From an uncultured Clostridiaceae bacterium (GTDB lineage: Bacteria > Bacillota > Clostridia > Lachnospirales > Lachnospiraceae), in assembly GCA_947177415.1 (NCBI GenBank), contig CAMWUK010000005.1, positions 1,290 through 65,289 on the forward strand: DNA of 64,000 nt, in the 5' to 3' direction. The notes beneath the pieces were generated by a model. The model saw only the letters and a list, made by a program, of their open reading frames with translations. It did not search any database and had not been told where the DNA came from. The position numbers and the translations under genes are program-made. This document shows positions 27,873 to 36,470 of this stretch, one piece after another (position 1 is the first letter of the stretch; each line of letters starts with the position of its first letter).

Positions 27873-28721
27873 TTACTCTCCTCCTTGTAACTGGAATATA
27901 TCTTTATGTTTAAAATATAGCGTTCCTACCGTAATTACAATAATTATTAGAAACATACAACTTATCAAACAATTTTGCAGGGATATAGATAAATTCCCTG
28001 AAATAAAATCCTGTCTCAATAGCATTGCATAATTTCCCAAAAATATTGGTTTCATCCAAAATACAGAGGTAATAAGATACGCAAGCATTACAAAAAATGA
28101 TATTACAGGCTGTATAAATAATGATAATATAGCTTCTGTTATACACAATGCTATGGAAACCATCAAAGGCATCCCCCACCAATAAAGAATAATTTCTGTT
28201 TGACTTAACCCTGTTAAATCAATTCCAAATATATCCATCATTGCATTTGGAGAGATCCAAAAACTACCTGTTGAAAAACCATTTGCAGATAGACTAAATA
28301 TTACTAATATGATAGCAAGCAACATATAGTAACTTACTACTGTTGAAATAACCCACATCATTTTGCTTAACAGCCAGTATTTTCTTTTGCCTGACCGGAT
28401 AAAAGCCTGTCCTCCGTTGTATGTAAGTTCATTGACAGGATAAAAGTCAACCATAAACAGTAAATACGCATGAAAAACCAACCATTGTGTAGGCAGCTCA
28501 AATTCTGTTTCAAACTGATACTCGGTAATTCCTTTAAATAAGAAGGTAAGCCGCTCCAAAACCCCCATATTCATTTCAGAAAATGCCCCCATCTGCCCTG
28601 CCAAAATGCAAAAATATATTTGTAACAACAGGGCAAACAACCATTTCCATTGGTTTCTTTGAAATCCATTGCTTAAATCATAAAAGAAAAGTGCCTTAAA
28701 CTGTCTGCATTTTAATCTCAT
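27873..28721 (-). CDS. Multi-pass membrane protein, putative ABC-2-like permease component (paralog 2)
   Basis: 282 aa. Tandem duplicate of 27075-27866, with near-identical termini and a divergent middle. Confidence 0.65.
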   Translation of the reverse strand: MRLKCRQFKALFFYDLSNGFQRNQWKWLFALLLQIYFCILAGQMGAFSEMNMGVLERLTFLFKGITEYQFETEFELPTQWLVFHAYLLFMVDFYPVNELTYNGGQAFIRSGKRKYWLLSKMMWVISTVVSYYMLLAIILVIFSLSANGFSTGSFWISPNAMMDIFGIDLTGLSQTEIILYWWGMPLMVSIALCITEAILSLFIQPVISFFVMLAYLITSVFWMKPIFLGNYAMLLRQDFISGNLSISLQNCLISCMFLIIIVITVGTLYFKHKDIFQLQGGE

Positions 28722-29548
28722 ATCAATCCCATCTCCTGTTTTTTAGAGCGATGCAAAACCATTATACCAACAACTAACATGAATGCTGCCTCACCAATTA
28801 TCCATGACCACTCTATCGGAAAATACTGGGTAGGCCGCAAAAAACCAGCAGGACACATACTGCTAAACAATAATGCTCCATCTTCACCTTTTATAGTTGT
28901 ACCTATACAATAAAGAAAGAAATAAATTAGAAATGGCACAATTTTCACAATAAAATGGTTTCTCAAATAGTTTGCTGCTACAAAGGAAAGTGTAGTGAAT
29001 AATCCCAAAAAAATTCCATCTATTACGATGTAAATTATTACATACAAGAGTGGATGCATATAAAAATATTCTGCCATACACTCAGTACCTCCAATCGCCG
29101 ACAAACTCAATCCCCTTTGCGGGCAGGTTGCCGGAAGTACTAAATTGGTCAATATAAAATCAAATAGCAAAGGCAGGATAGCTACGACTGCTCCACTGAT
29201 AAAAGTAACTAAATATTTTACACGTATATATGCCTTCTGCCCATGCCGCACAATCGCCTGATTTCCATATCCGGTTGTTTGGTCAAATAGCCAGGTAGAG
29301 CCGTATGGCAAAGCTGTGAGAAGGGGAAGCAACATAAAGTAAATGTTAGGTTGAAGAGAATAGTTCTCCCCACCCATCCACTTATTAAAAGAGGATAGCG
29401 GATACTCACCCATACCAACATACATACGAATTGGCCAAACATATTCCCAAAAATGCCAGACACTGATAGCACAGCCAATCAGCAATGCAATTACCATATA
29501 ACGGTTACAAAATGCCCTCTTCATTTCTAATTTAAAATAATACTTCAT
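28718..29548 (-). CDS. ABC-2-type membrane protein
   Basis: 276 aa, 6 TM segments. 4-nt overlaps with both neighbouring genes. Confidence 0.65.
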   Translation of the reverse strand: MKYYFKLEMKRAFCNRYMVIALLIGCAISVWHFWEYVWPIRMYVGMGEYPLSSFNKWMGGENYSLQPNIYFMLLPLLTALPYGSTWLFDQTTGYGNQAIVRHGQKAYIRVKYLVTFISGAVVAILPLLFDFILTNLVLPATCPQRGLSLSAIGGTECMAEYFYMHPLLYVIIYIVIDGIFLGLFTTLSFVAANYLRNHFIVKIVPFLIYFFLYCIGTTIKGEDGALLFSSMCPAGFLRPTQYFPIEWSWIIGEAAFMLVVGIMVLHRSKKQEMGLI

Positions 29549-30270
29549 TTCTTACCTGCCTCCAATCCCAAATCAATATATAAACTTTCTTCTGCCGATG
29601 TACCATCCCACATTGGTGTATAATACAAAGACCAGGTTAATTTAGGATCATAATCATCCTCGCCTGTACAATACCAACCCACTTCTCTTGTCACAGATTC
29701 ATTTGGTCCTAACTTCCAATGATGTTTTTCATCTTCTCTTCCTTTTGTCCATAATTTATCAAGATAAGCAAGCTCGCTACCATATTGAAGAACTTCCTTT
29801 TCCGAACTAATACTAAGAATACCTCCACCATTAAGATGAAATTCTATTTCCTTATCTGTGGTATTTGTGTACTTTATTGTCATAAAAATATACTGCTCCT
29901 CTCCACTAAGATTTCCTTCTTTATCTACTTTAATCCAGTCATTCAATGCTTTCAAATTTTCCAGTTTACGATTACCAAACGACTGTGTACGCTCTACCTT
30001 TTGAACAGAATAAGAAATTCCATTATAGGTAATTGTATCTGAACTTTTTAAGAGATTTTCAGTTTTTGTGTATTCTGGGTCAATATAGTCAACATGTGGT
30101 TTTGGATCTGCCTGCCCAGAAGGTTTGGCAGTTCTATCTGTGGTTGATTCTGGTTCTTGAACCAATCCTCCCTGCATATTTTCCGTTTTGGCAGGCTCAC
30201 CATTACATCCCACCAAAACAATACTAATAATAAATGTAATTATTTGAATAAACGCAATCCGTCTCTTCAT
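29545..30270 (-). CDS. Putative lipoprotein
   Basis: Lipobox IVLVGCNG. 241 aa. First gene of the ABC operon. Confidence 0.7.
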   Translation of the reverse strand: MKRRIAFIQIITFIISIVLVGCNGEPAKTENMQGGLVQEPESTTDRTAKPSGQADPKPHVDYIDPEYTKTENLLKSSDTITYNGISYSVQKVERTQSFGNRKLENLKALNDWIKVDKEGNLSGEEQYIFMTIKYTNTTDKEIEFHLNGGGILSISSEKEVLQYGSELAYLDKLWTKGREDEKHHWKLGPNESVTREVGWYCTGEDDYDPKLTWSLYYTPMWDGTSAEESLYIDLGLEAGKK

Positions 30271-30404
30271 TACAGCACCTCCATTACTTTTTACATTAGT
30301 TTAAAACTCCTGCTTACATAAAATCCCCCAAAAAATGCAAAAAAAATGCAAAAATCATTTTTTTGATTTTTACATTTTCTTTCAATCGTATTTATAGGTT
30401 AACA

Positions 30405-31268
30405 TCACTCAATTCCATTTCGGAAGCCACAAAAACTTTGTTCCACAGCATCATAATATAAAACAAAATAACTTTTCTCCATAATATAAACGAGTGCAGC
30501 AGTTTTATTATCTGAATATACCTGCCACTTCCCATAAGAACAACAATCCAGCAGTGAAACGTCTCTTTTATTCCCTTCTTCTTTTTTATTCTTTGGTAAA
30601 AGCGTATAATATAAGCCGTTTATTTGATTTCTATATTCTGTACATCCCTTATAAAACTGATCGATTTTATGTAGGTATGACTGCAAATAGGAATCCTCTG
30701 TATCTGCATACTTTTTTAACACTTCCTCTGCGGTTTTCAATTCCTGTGCAGATGGTTTTGACTGGTTTTCACAATAAAGCAAAATGGGAAGATAGTTTTT
30801 CATTGCAATAGACAGGGAATAGATAGTATTATCTTTTTTCATCTCTGTATCTAAAATATAATATTCTGGCGAATCCTTTACAACAGAAAGGGTATTCCAA
30901 TAAGATTCTTCGTAAGCGAAACCAGCCAGCTCAAACAGCCGACCATAAAAACTTTGACCAGGCTGGTTACTAACTTCTGTCATTTCGCTTATATCTTGGT
31001 CGCGTTCACCAAAGCCATACCTACTATCAGCTTTATAACTTTCTATTTCTATTTTTGAAAGCTGTCTGGTTTCTTCAAACAATGGAAACTGCAAAGATTC
31101 CATAAAACGCTTTGGTTCTGTTCTAAGTTCTTCTGGTAGTGCTGTTTGTTCATCTATAATGGATGGCACATCAACAAAGATAGAATATAAAAATGGTAAT
31201 CCTATAGTTCCGGATACAATTATCAACATAGCCAGTAATGTTGTTATGCAAAGAGATCTTTTCGTCAT
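30405..31268 (-). CDS. Hypothetical membrane-anchored protein
   Basis: Start moved to ATG 31268 (MTKRSLCITTLLAMLIIV), which has a GGGAG RBS. The 30 upstream codons of the tracked ORF are a translation of the MITE. Confidence 0.6.
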   Translation of the reverse strand: MTKRSLCITTLLAMLIIVSGTIGLPFLYSIFVDVPSIIDEQTALPEELRTEPKRFMESLQFPLFEETRQLSKIEIESYKADSRYGFGERDQDISEMTEVSNQPGQSFYGRLFELAGFAYEESYWNTLSVVKDSPEYYILDTEMKKDNTIYSLSIAMKNYLPILLYCENQSKPSAQELKTAEEVLKKYADTEDSYLQSYLHKIDQFYKGCTEYRNQINGLYYTLLPKNKKEEGNKRDVSLLDCCSYGKWQVYSDNKTAALVYIMEKSYFVLYYDAVEQSFCGFRNGIE

Positions 31269-31285
31269 GTAATGCTCCCTTCCTT

Positions 31286-31420
31286 GTAACTGTTCAGAAG
31301 CATGAACAGTTACGTTTAAGCCCATGAATATTCGCCTTCGGCGAAGGGGCTTAAACATTGTAAAATTTACTTTTTCTTACGAAACACGCAGTAAATGCGT
31401 GTTTCTACCTGAATAGTTAC
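31286..31420 (+). mobile_element. MITE-like element, family A, full length
   Basis: TIRs GTAACTGTTCAG / CTGAATAGTTAC. 8-bp direct repeat CCTTCCTT (31278-31285) / CTTTCCTT (31421-31428), 7/8 identical. The TIR supplies the kinase stop codon. Confidence 0.85.
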
Positions 31421-32814
31421 CTTTCCTTTAATAGCGGAAAAGTAAGTGACACCTTAGTTCCACACTTTTCCTTGCTTTCTATTTCAAATTTTCCGTGATG
31501 TGCTTCTGTAATCGCTTTACATAATGACAGACCAATACCTGCTCCCCCGGCACTTCGGGAACGAGCCTTGTCCACCATATAAAACGCCTCCGTTACATGT
31601 GCAAGCTGTTCTTGTGGTATTCCTATTCCATAGTCTTGCACACGAAGTACAGCCTTCCCTCTTTTTTCTTCCAAAAATATATCAATAGGCTGCTCTGGAA
31701 AAGATGCTTTGTTTGCATTATCCAGTAAATTCAAAATAAGGGACGTAAGCAAAATACTGTCTGCATTAATCATCACCGCTTTCATGTTGCATTGCAGGAA
31801 ACATTGATGCTCTTCACAAATTGGTGAAAAAGTTGCTATTGCTTTCTCTACTAATTCCTTAAGATCAACAGGCTGTAATTGCAATTCCGTTTCCTGCAAA
31901 GAAATCAGTTCCATAAGCTTTTGGGAAAGTAATCTCAGCCGCTTGGCTTCAGCAGCAATAATAGAGGCATACTCTCTACATTCATCCTCTGTAATATCAC
32001 TTTTAATTTTTAATATATCAGCAAATCCAAGAATTGAAGTCAGTGGTGTTTTAAGTTCATGTGTCATATTTGCAATAAAAGTTTCCCTGCTTTTGGAAAT
32101 TTCTTCAATTCTACTAATATTGGCTTCAATTTGTGCAGACATGGCATTCATGTGTTCTGATAATTCTGTGATTTCATCATGACCTTTTATAGCAATCCGG
32201 TTCTGGTATTCGCCGTTGGCAATCCGTTTTGTCATGGTTTCCAAGTGTTTTAATGGTTGTGTCAATATTAAACTGGCTACAAGTAATGCTACCGCCATAC
32301 AAAAAGAAACAACGCCTCCAAACCACTGACTAAATACAAGATCTTTTTCAAATTGAACAAGCAAACTAGAAATATTAGAAATAACCGTAATCCGGTAAAA
32401 ATGTCCCTCCCAAAATACAGTCGTATCTGCCTCAATCAAAGATTGCTCTTTTCTATCATTTATGAATGTCATTTGGAATTTATCTGCATCCTTCGGGAGC
32501 TGCTTCACAGAATCATGCCTAACTGCAATGGGAGTTATCTTAATTTCACAATCCGAAAATAAATCATCCGTTTTCTCTGACAGCAAGTCCATAATCTCCT
32601 GTTCCGTTAATACAAAATATCCTGTCTGCTCTTTTTCATTTTGTACACTTCTCTCCAGTTCTGATACTACAGCTTCACAAACTGCTTGTGCTTTTTCTTT
32701 GGCTAAAATAAGGCTGTTTTTATGTTCACGGATCATAAGTATGTAAGAAACACTATTAACAGCCAATATGGCAAGAAAAAGAGTTAGTAAGAAAAATTTT
32801 TGCCAGAGTTTCAT
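31417..32814 (-). CDS. Sensor histidine kinase
   Basis: Two TM segments, HAMP, H-box MTHELKTPLTSILGFADIL, G-boxes DYGIGI and GGAGIGLSL. Confidence 0.9.
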   Translation of the reverse strand: MKLWQKFFLLTLFLAILAVNSVSYILMIREHKNSLILAKEKAQAVCEAVVSELERSVQNEKEQTGYFVLTEQEIMDLLSEKTDDLFSDCEIKITPIAVRHDSVKQLPKDADKFQMTFINDRKEQSLIEADTTVFWEGHFYRITVISNISSLLVQFEKDLVFSQWFGGVVSFCMAVALLVASLILTQPLKHLETMTKRIANGEYQNRIAIKGHDEITELSEHMNAMSAQIEANISRIEEISKSRETFIANMTHELKTPLTSILGFADILKIKSDITEDECREYASIIAAEAKRLRLLSQKLMELISLQETELQLQPVDLKELVEKAIATFSPICEEHQCFLQCNMKAVMINADSILLTSLILNLLDNANKASFPEQPIDIFLEEKRGKAVLRVQDYGIGIPQEQLAHVTEAFYMVDKARSRSAGGAGIGLSLCKAITEAHHGKFEIESKEKCGTKVSLTFPLLKER

Positions 32815-32818
32815 TCTA

Positions 32819-33475
32819 TCACTCCATTCCCAGCAGCTTATAGCCGTATTTTGGTACAGTAACCAATAGTCCTTGAAGATTTAACTTTCTTCTCACTTGC
32901 TGTACATGGGTATCTACTGTTCTTGTTTCTCCCTCATACTGATAACCCCAAATTGTTGCAAGTAACGTTTCTCTAGAAATTACAATGTCCTGATGCTGAA
33001 TAAAGAAAGATAACACATCAAATTCTTTTGGCGTGAGTGTAACAAGCATCCCATCCTTTGTTATGGTATGTTTTTCAATATTCATACTTATATTTCCGTA
33101 CTCAAGAACATCCAAAGTTTTTTTATACCGCTTCATTACCAAATCAATTCTTGCCAATAACTCTAGCGTCTCGAATGGTTTTACAATATAATCCTCAGCT
33201 CCGGATTTCAGACCACGCACTTTGCTTGTGACATCCTGCATGGCAGTAAGATAGATAACTGGCACACCACAGTTCTTGATCTTTTCCATAACTTCAAATC
33301 CATCCATTTCTGGAAGCATAATATCCAGTAAAACCAAATCATAGTAACTACTTGTTACCCTCTCCACTGCACTCTTGCCATCCATACAGATTTCACTTTC
33401 ATAATTTCCAACACTTAAACAGGTTTGAATGTATTTTGCAATATTTACATCATCTTCAACAATTAATATTTTCAT
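32819..33475 (-). CDS. OmpR/PhoB family response regulator
   Basis: Receiver (ILIVEDD...LLDIMLPEMDG...KP) plus winged-helix output (LTPKEFDVL...TVDTHVQQVRRKL). Confidence 0.9.
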   Translation of the reverse strand: MKILIVEDDVNIAKYIQTCLSVGNYESEICMDGKSAVERVTSSYYDLVLLDIMLPEMDGFEVMEKIKNCGVPVIYLTAMQDVTSKVRGLKSGAEDYIVKPFETLELLARIDLVMKRYKKTLDVLEYGNISMNIEKHTITKDGMLVTLTPKEFDVLSFFIQHQDIVISRETLLATIWGYQYEGETRTVDTHVQQVRRKLNLQGLLVTVPKYGYKLLGME

Positions 33476-33485
33476 AAGAAATCCT

Positions 33486-33651
33486 TTCTGTAATATTAGC
33501 CTTGAAAAATTTATTCCAACATTTCTATCTATTATCAGGAGTTCTACTTCCAGACATTCTTTTTTCTTTTTCCCTGAAAAGCATTACTACCTTTTATAGT
33601 ATACTTGATTTATTACTGGTTTTCCATTTTACTTTTGCTTTGCCACACATT
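33486..33651 (+). repeat. Copy 1 of a duplicated ~166-bp non-coding segment
   Basis: About 85-90% identical to 34007-34123 plus 34271-34314. Abuts the response-regulator start codon. Confidence 0.75.
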
Positions 33652-33825
33652 CCATTCCATGTATTGCTTTCACTTTAATCAGCCCTTTCACTGGTATGGT
33701 GAAACTGATTATATCAGTGAAACTTTTTTGTGTCAACTCTATATCTCTCACTAATACTTCTTCTATAAGCGAAAATATATTCTTCTTACATTTATCCACA
33801 AAATCCAGATTAAATGTTGTTTATG

Positions 33826-33962
33826 AGTAACTATTCAGGTAGAAACACGCATTTACTGCGTGTTTACGTAGCAAAATGTAAATTTTGATTGTTCTAAGCC
33901 CTTCGCTGAAGGCGAATTATCATGGGCTCAGAACATAACTGTTCATGGTTCTGAACAGTTAT
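33826..33962 (-). mobile_element. MITE-like element, family A, diverged full-length copy
   Basis: GTAACTATTCAGG...CTGAACAGTTAT. Perfect 8-bp direct repeat GTTTATGA at 33818-33825 and 33963-33970. The module stem has compensatory changes. Confidence 0.8.
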
Positions 33963-34006
33963 GTTTATGAATAATTAACCTCTTGTGGAAGCTCCTGTAT
34001 ATATTG

Positions 34007-34314
34007 CACTACCGCCTTTTCTGTAATATTAGCCTTAAAAAATTTATTCCTACCTTTCTATCCATCACCATGAGTTCCACTTCCAAACATTCTTTTTTCC
34101 TGAAAAGCATTCCTACCTTTTATAGTATGCTTGCGTAAATCCCACTAGAAATTGCAAAAACAATGTATTCACCACTTTACAACTCTTTAATAAAAAACAT
34201 AGCATATTCACCAATTGCAATATGAGAAATTTGCTAGGAAATACAAAAGAAAGAAATAGTTAATATGTATGATTTATTACTGGTTTTCCATTTTACTTTT
34301 GTTTTGCCATACAT
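34007..34314 (+). repeat. Copy 2 of the duplicated segment, interrupted by ~147 bp
   Basis: Matches 33486-33651 in two blocks (34007-34123 and 34271-34314). Unrelated sequence fills 34124-34270. Confidence 0.7.
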
Positions 34315-34424
34315 ACCTTTTAATTTTAACTGATAAGTCTGCTTTATATTGTTATAACTATAACTACAAAAAAGACAGGGTAACTTCATTTTAAAGTTCC
34401 TGTCTTATTTAAGTCTTTTTTACG

Positions 34425-34464
34425 GTCTGCACAGCAGAGTGTGCAGACCTACCTGAACTGTTAC
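34425..34464 (+). repeat. Partial MITE end (family D-like hairpin plus TIR)
   Basis: GTCTGCACAGCAGAGTGTGCAGACCTACCTGAACTGTTAC parallels 48914-48954. Confidence 0.6.
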
Positions 34465-34475
34465 AATAATTTCAT

Positions 34476-34784
34476 TCAAACAGGCTGCAAAACCTTGACT
34501 GCCTTCACTTCCTCTACTGTCAATCCTGAACATTGTGCAATCTCTTCCAATGTCAATTTACCATTGTTTAACAGATTTTTTGCAATCTCTATTCGCTCTT
34601 CTCTCATTTCCTTTGCAACAATATCTTCTACAATCTTACACATAGAACTTTGTCCCTCCTTATCTGTCTTGAAATATCTGGCACGGTTTGCCAATTCTAT
34701 ATAATTCATATCTTCGGGATTCGTACAACTGAAGTCATGCATCAGTTTTCCAAGTGGTGTGTTATCTTTAATTTCTCCATTCAC
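34476..34784 (-). pseudogene. C-terminal remnant of an Rpn-type (PD-(D/E)XK putative transposase) family gene
   Basis: 102-aa ORF. LGKLMHDFSCTNPEDMNY...YFKTDKEGQSSMCKIVED...GKLTLEEIAQCSGLTVEEVK resembles the C-terminal third of ~300-aa clostridial Rpn-family proteins, from recollection. The N-terminal nuclease domain is absent. Confidence 0.45.
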
Positions 34785-35014
34785 ATATATAATATGTGCA
34801 TCATCTCCAAAAAGCTCTCCTGTTTCTTCAATTCTTCTATGCTATTCTTAATAATACAATGAAATTCATAAACAAATTCATAGAGAGTTAAAGGCAAAAA
34901 ACAAAATTCTTTATTAAGTATTATCATGTACGAAATCATCATTGAGATAACTCCTGCTATTGCCATAAGTTTAATCATTTTCACTTTAAGATTCATAACA
35001 ACGTATTTCTCCAA
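34781..35014 (-). CDS. Possible small hydrophobic protein
   Basis: 77-codon ORF with a TTG start 2 nt after the upstream stop. One TM-like segment (LMAIAGVISMMISYMIIL). Weak support. Confidence 0.3.
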   Translation of the reverse strand: MEKYVVMNLKVKMIKLMAIAGVISMMISYMIILNKEFCFLPLTLYEFVYEFHCIIKNSIEELKKQESFLEMMHILYM

Positions 35015-35016
35015 CT

Positions 35017-36411
35017 TTAATAAATATTATCCATATCAAAACCCAACTGCATCCTTGTTAGAAGATCATCCATAGTTGGATAAAACTCTTGTATATAATT
35101 ATATAAATCCATATAATTTATATATATTTTTCTAAAATCATCAAGATTGAAATCTATGTCTATTAAATACCTGGAAAAAGAAGAATCTGTCCCTTCGTTA
35201 TAATGGATAAATGATGTTAAATTCCATAGATATTCAAAAACCTGCTCTTCTAGATATGGCTCTATCAGCTCTAACAATTTTATCAAATCATGCGTATCAA
35301 TCCTTTTTACATAGTTTTGCACTTCCTCCTGTGTATTCAGAATTTGTTTTTTCAAGTCTTCATTAACAAAAATTAATTTATATGCTAATTCCACACTTTG
35401 TCTAAAATTCATAAATACGGGAAAATACAAACCATATAATTTAGTATCAACCTTTCTCTGCTCAATCATTTTATTTCCCATGCATAAACATTTCAATTTT
35501 GCTATTTCTTGATTAATCCTTTCCTCTTCACCTAATGTAATGTGAGTAAAAAATATTTCAGATAGTATTTGGGTAGCATACTTATAATTTCTATACTGAT
35601 AATAAAACGGCATTGCAGAATTGAATAATAAACCATCATACAAAATCAATGACACATTACGTCCTGCCATATTATCAAAATACGAATTTTTTACATTGTC
35701 ATCTTTTTTATAAAGTTTTTCGCTTTTATCTAAAAACTTACTTCTATTCTTCTGTATATATTGGGATAATTCACAAATGTTACTAAGTATTTTTAATCCG
35801 TTTTTCAATTCTTCTCTGTATAAATTATTTGGATTAATTCTTTTTTCTACATCTCTACGTAAAATCTCAAATTTGTCTTCATATTCTGTAATAGATTTCT
35901 TTTTGTATTTGCAGATATTGCTAAATAACCTAATATTGAATCTGGTAATCGCATATCTTTCAGCCCAACAGTTATCCATATTGCATTTTGCAAAATCTAG
36001 CAAATCAAGATATGTACTTTTTTTCTTTTCTATATAATCTTTAAACTCAAAGTTAAAATTATATCTTTTCACTTCCCTTACTTTACCCTTTAATTTTCCT
36101 GAACGGTTATTTTGATAATATACTTCATCATCAAATAATTCGACAATGTAAATGTATCTAACACTTTCTCCAAAAGAAAGAATTTGTCTGCCATGGAATA
36201 AACCTAATATATTAAACTCTTTTCTTTTCTCAGTAGGTGTTGGTTCAAGTGTTTCACGATTTGAATACACAAAAAAGAACATATCATTCTTATCTTCTAT
36301 ATCTGCAAAAAAAATTCTATTATAAATGGCTACATCATTTTTTATTTCCCTACCTGTTGCCTTATAACAAACAGCATCATAATCTTTCTTTTCTATAGAA
36401 ATATCAATCAA
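35017..36411 (-). CDS. Unknown 464-aa protein, last large gene of the candidate defence operon
   Basis: Long uninterrupted ORF in very AT-rich DNA. TTG start with an AGGGAG RBS 9 nt upstream. No motif I can assign; no Walker A. Confidence 0.7.
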   Translation of the reverse strand: MIDISIEKKDYDAVCYKATGREIKNDVAIYNRIFFADIEDKNDMFFFVYSNRETLEPTPTEKRKEFNILGLFHGRQILSFGESVRYIYIVELFDDEVYYQNNRSGKLKGKVREVKRYNFNFEFKDYIEKKKSTYLDLLDFAKCNMDNCWAERYAITRFNIRLFSNICKYKKKSITEYEDKFEILRRDVEKRINPNNLYREELKNGLKILSNICELSQYIQKNRSKFLDKSEKLYKKDDNVKNSYFDNMAGRNVSLILYDGLLFNSAMPFYYQYRNYKYATQILSEIFFTHITLGEEERINQEIAKLKCLCMGNKMIEQRKVDTKLYGLYFPVFMNFRQSVELAYKLIFVNEDLKKQILNTQEEVQNYVKRIDTHDLIKLLELIEPYLEEQVFEYLWNLTSFIHYNEGTDSSFSRYLIDIDFNLDDFRKIYINYMDLYNYIQEFYPTMDDLLTRMQLGFDMDNIY

Positions 36412-36470
36412 AACTCTTCACTCCCTCTGTCTTTTTAATTACTAAAACCATCATCATTAATCAACCCATC

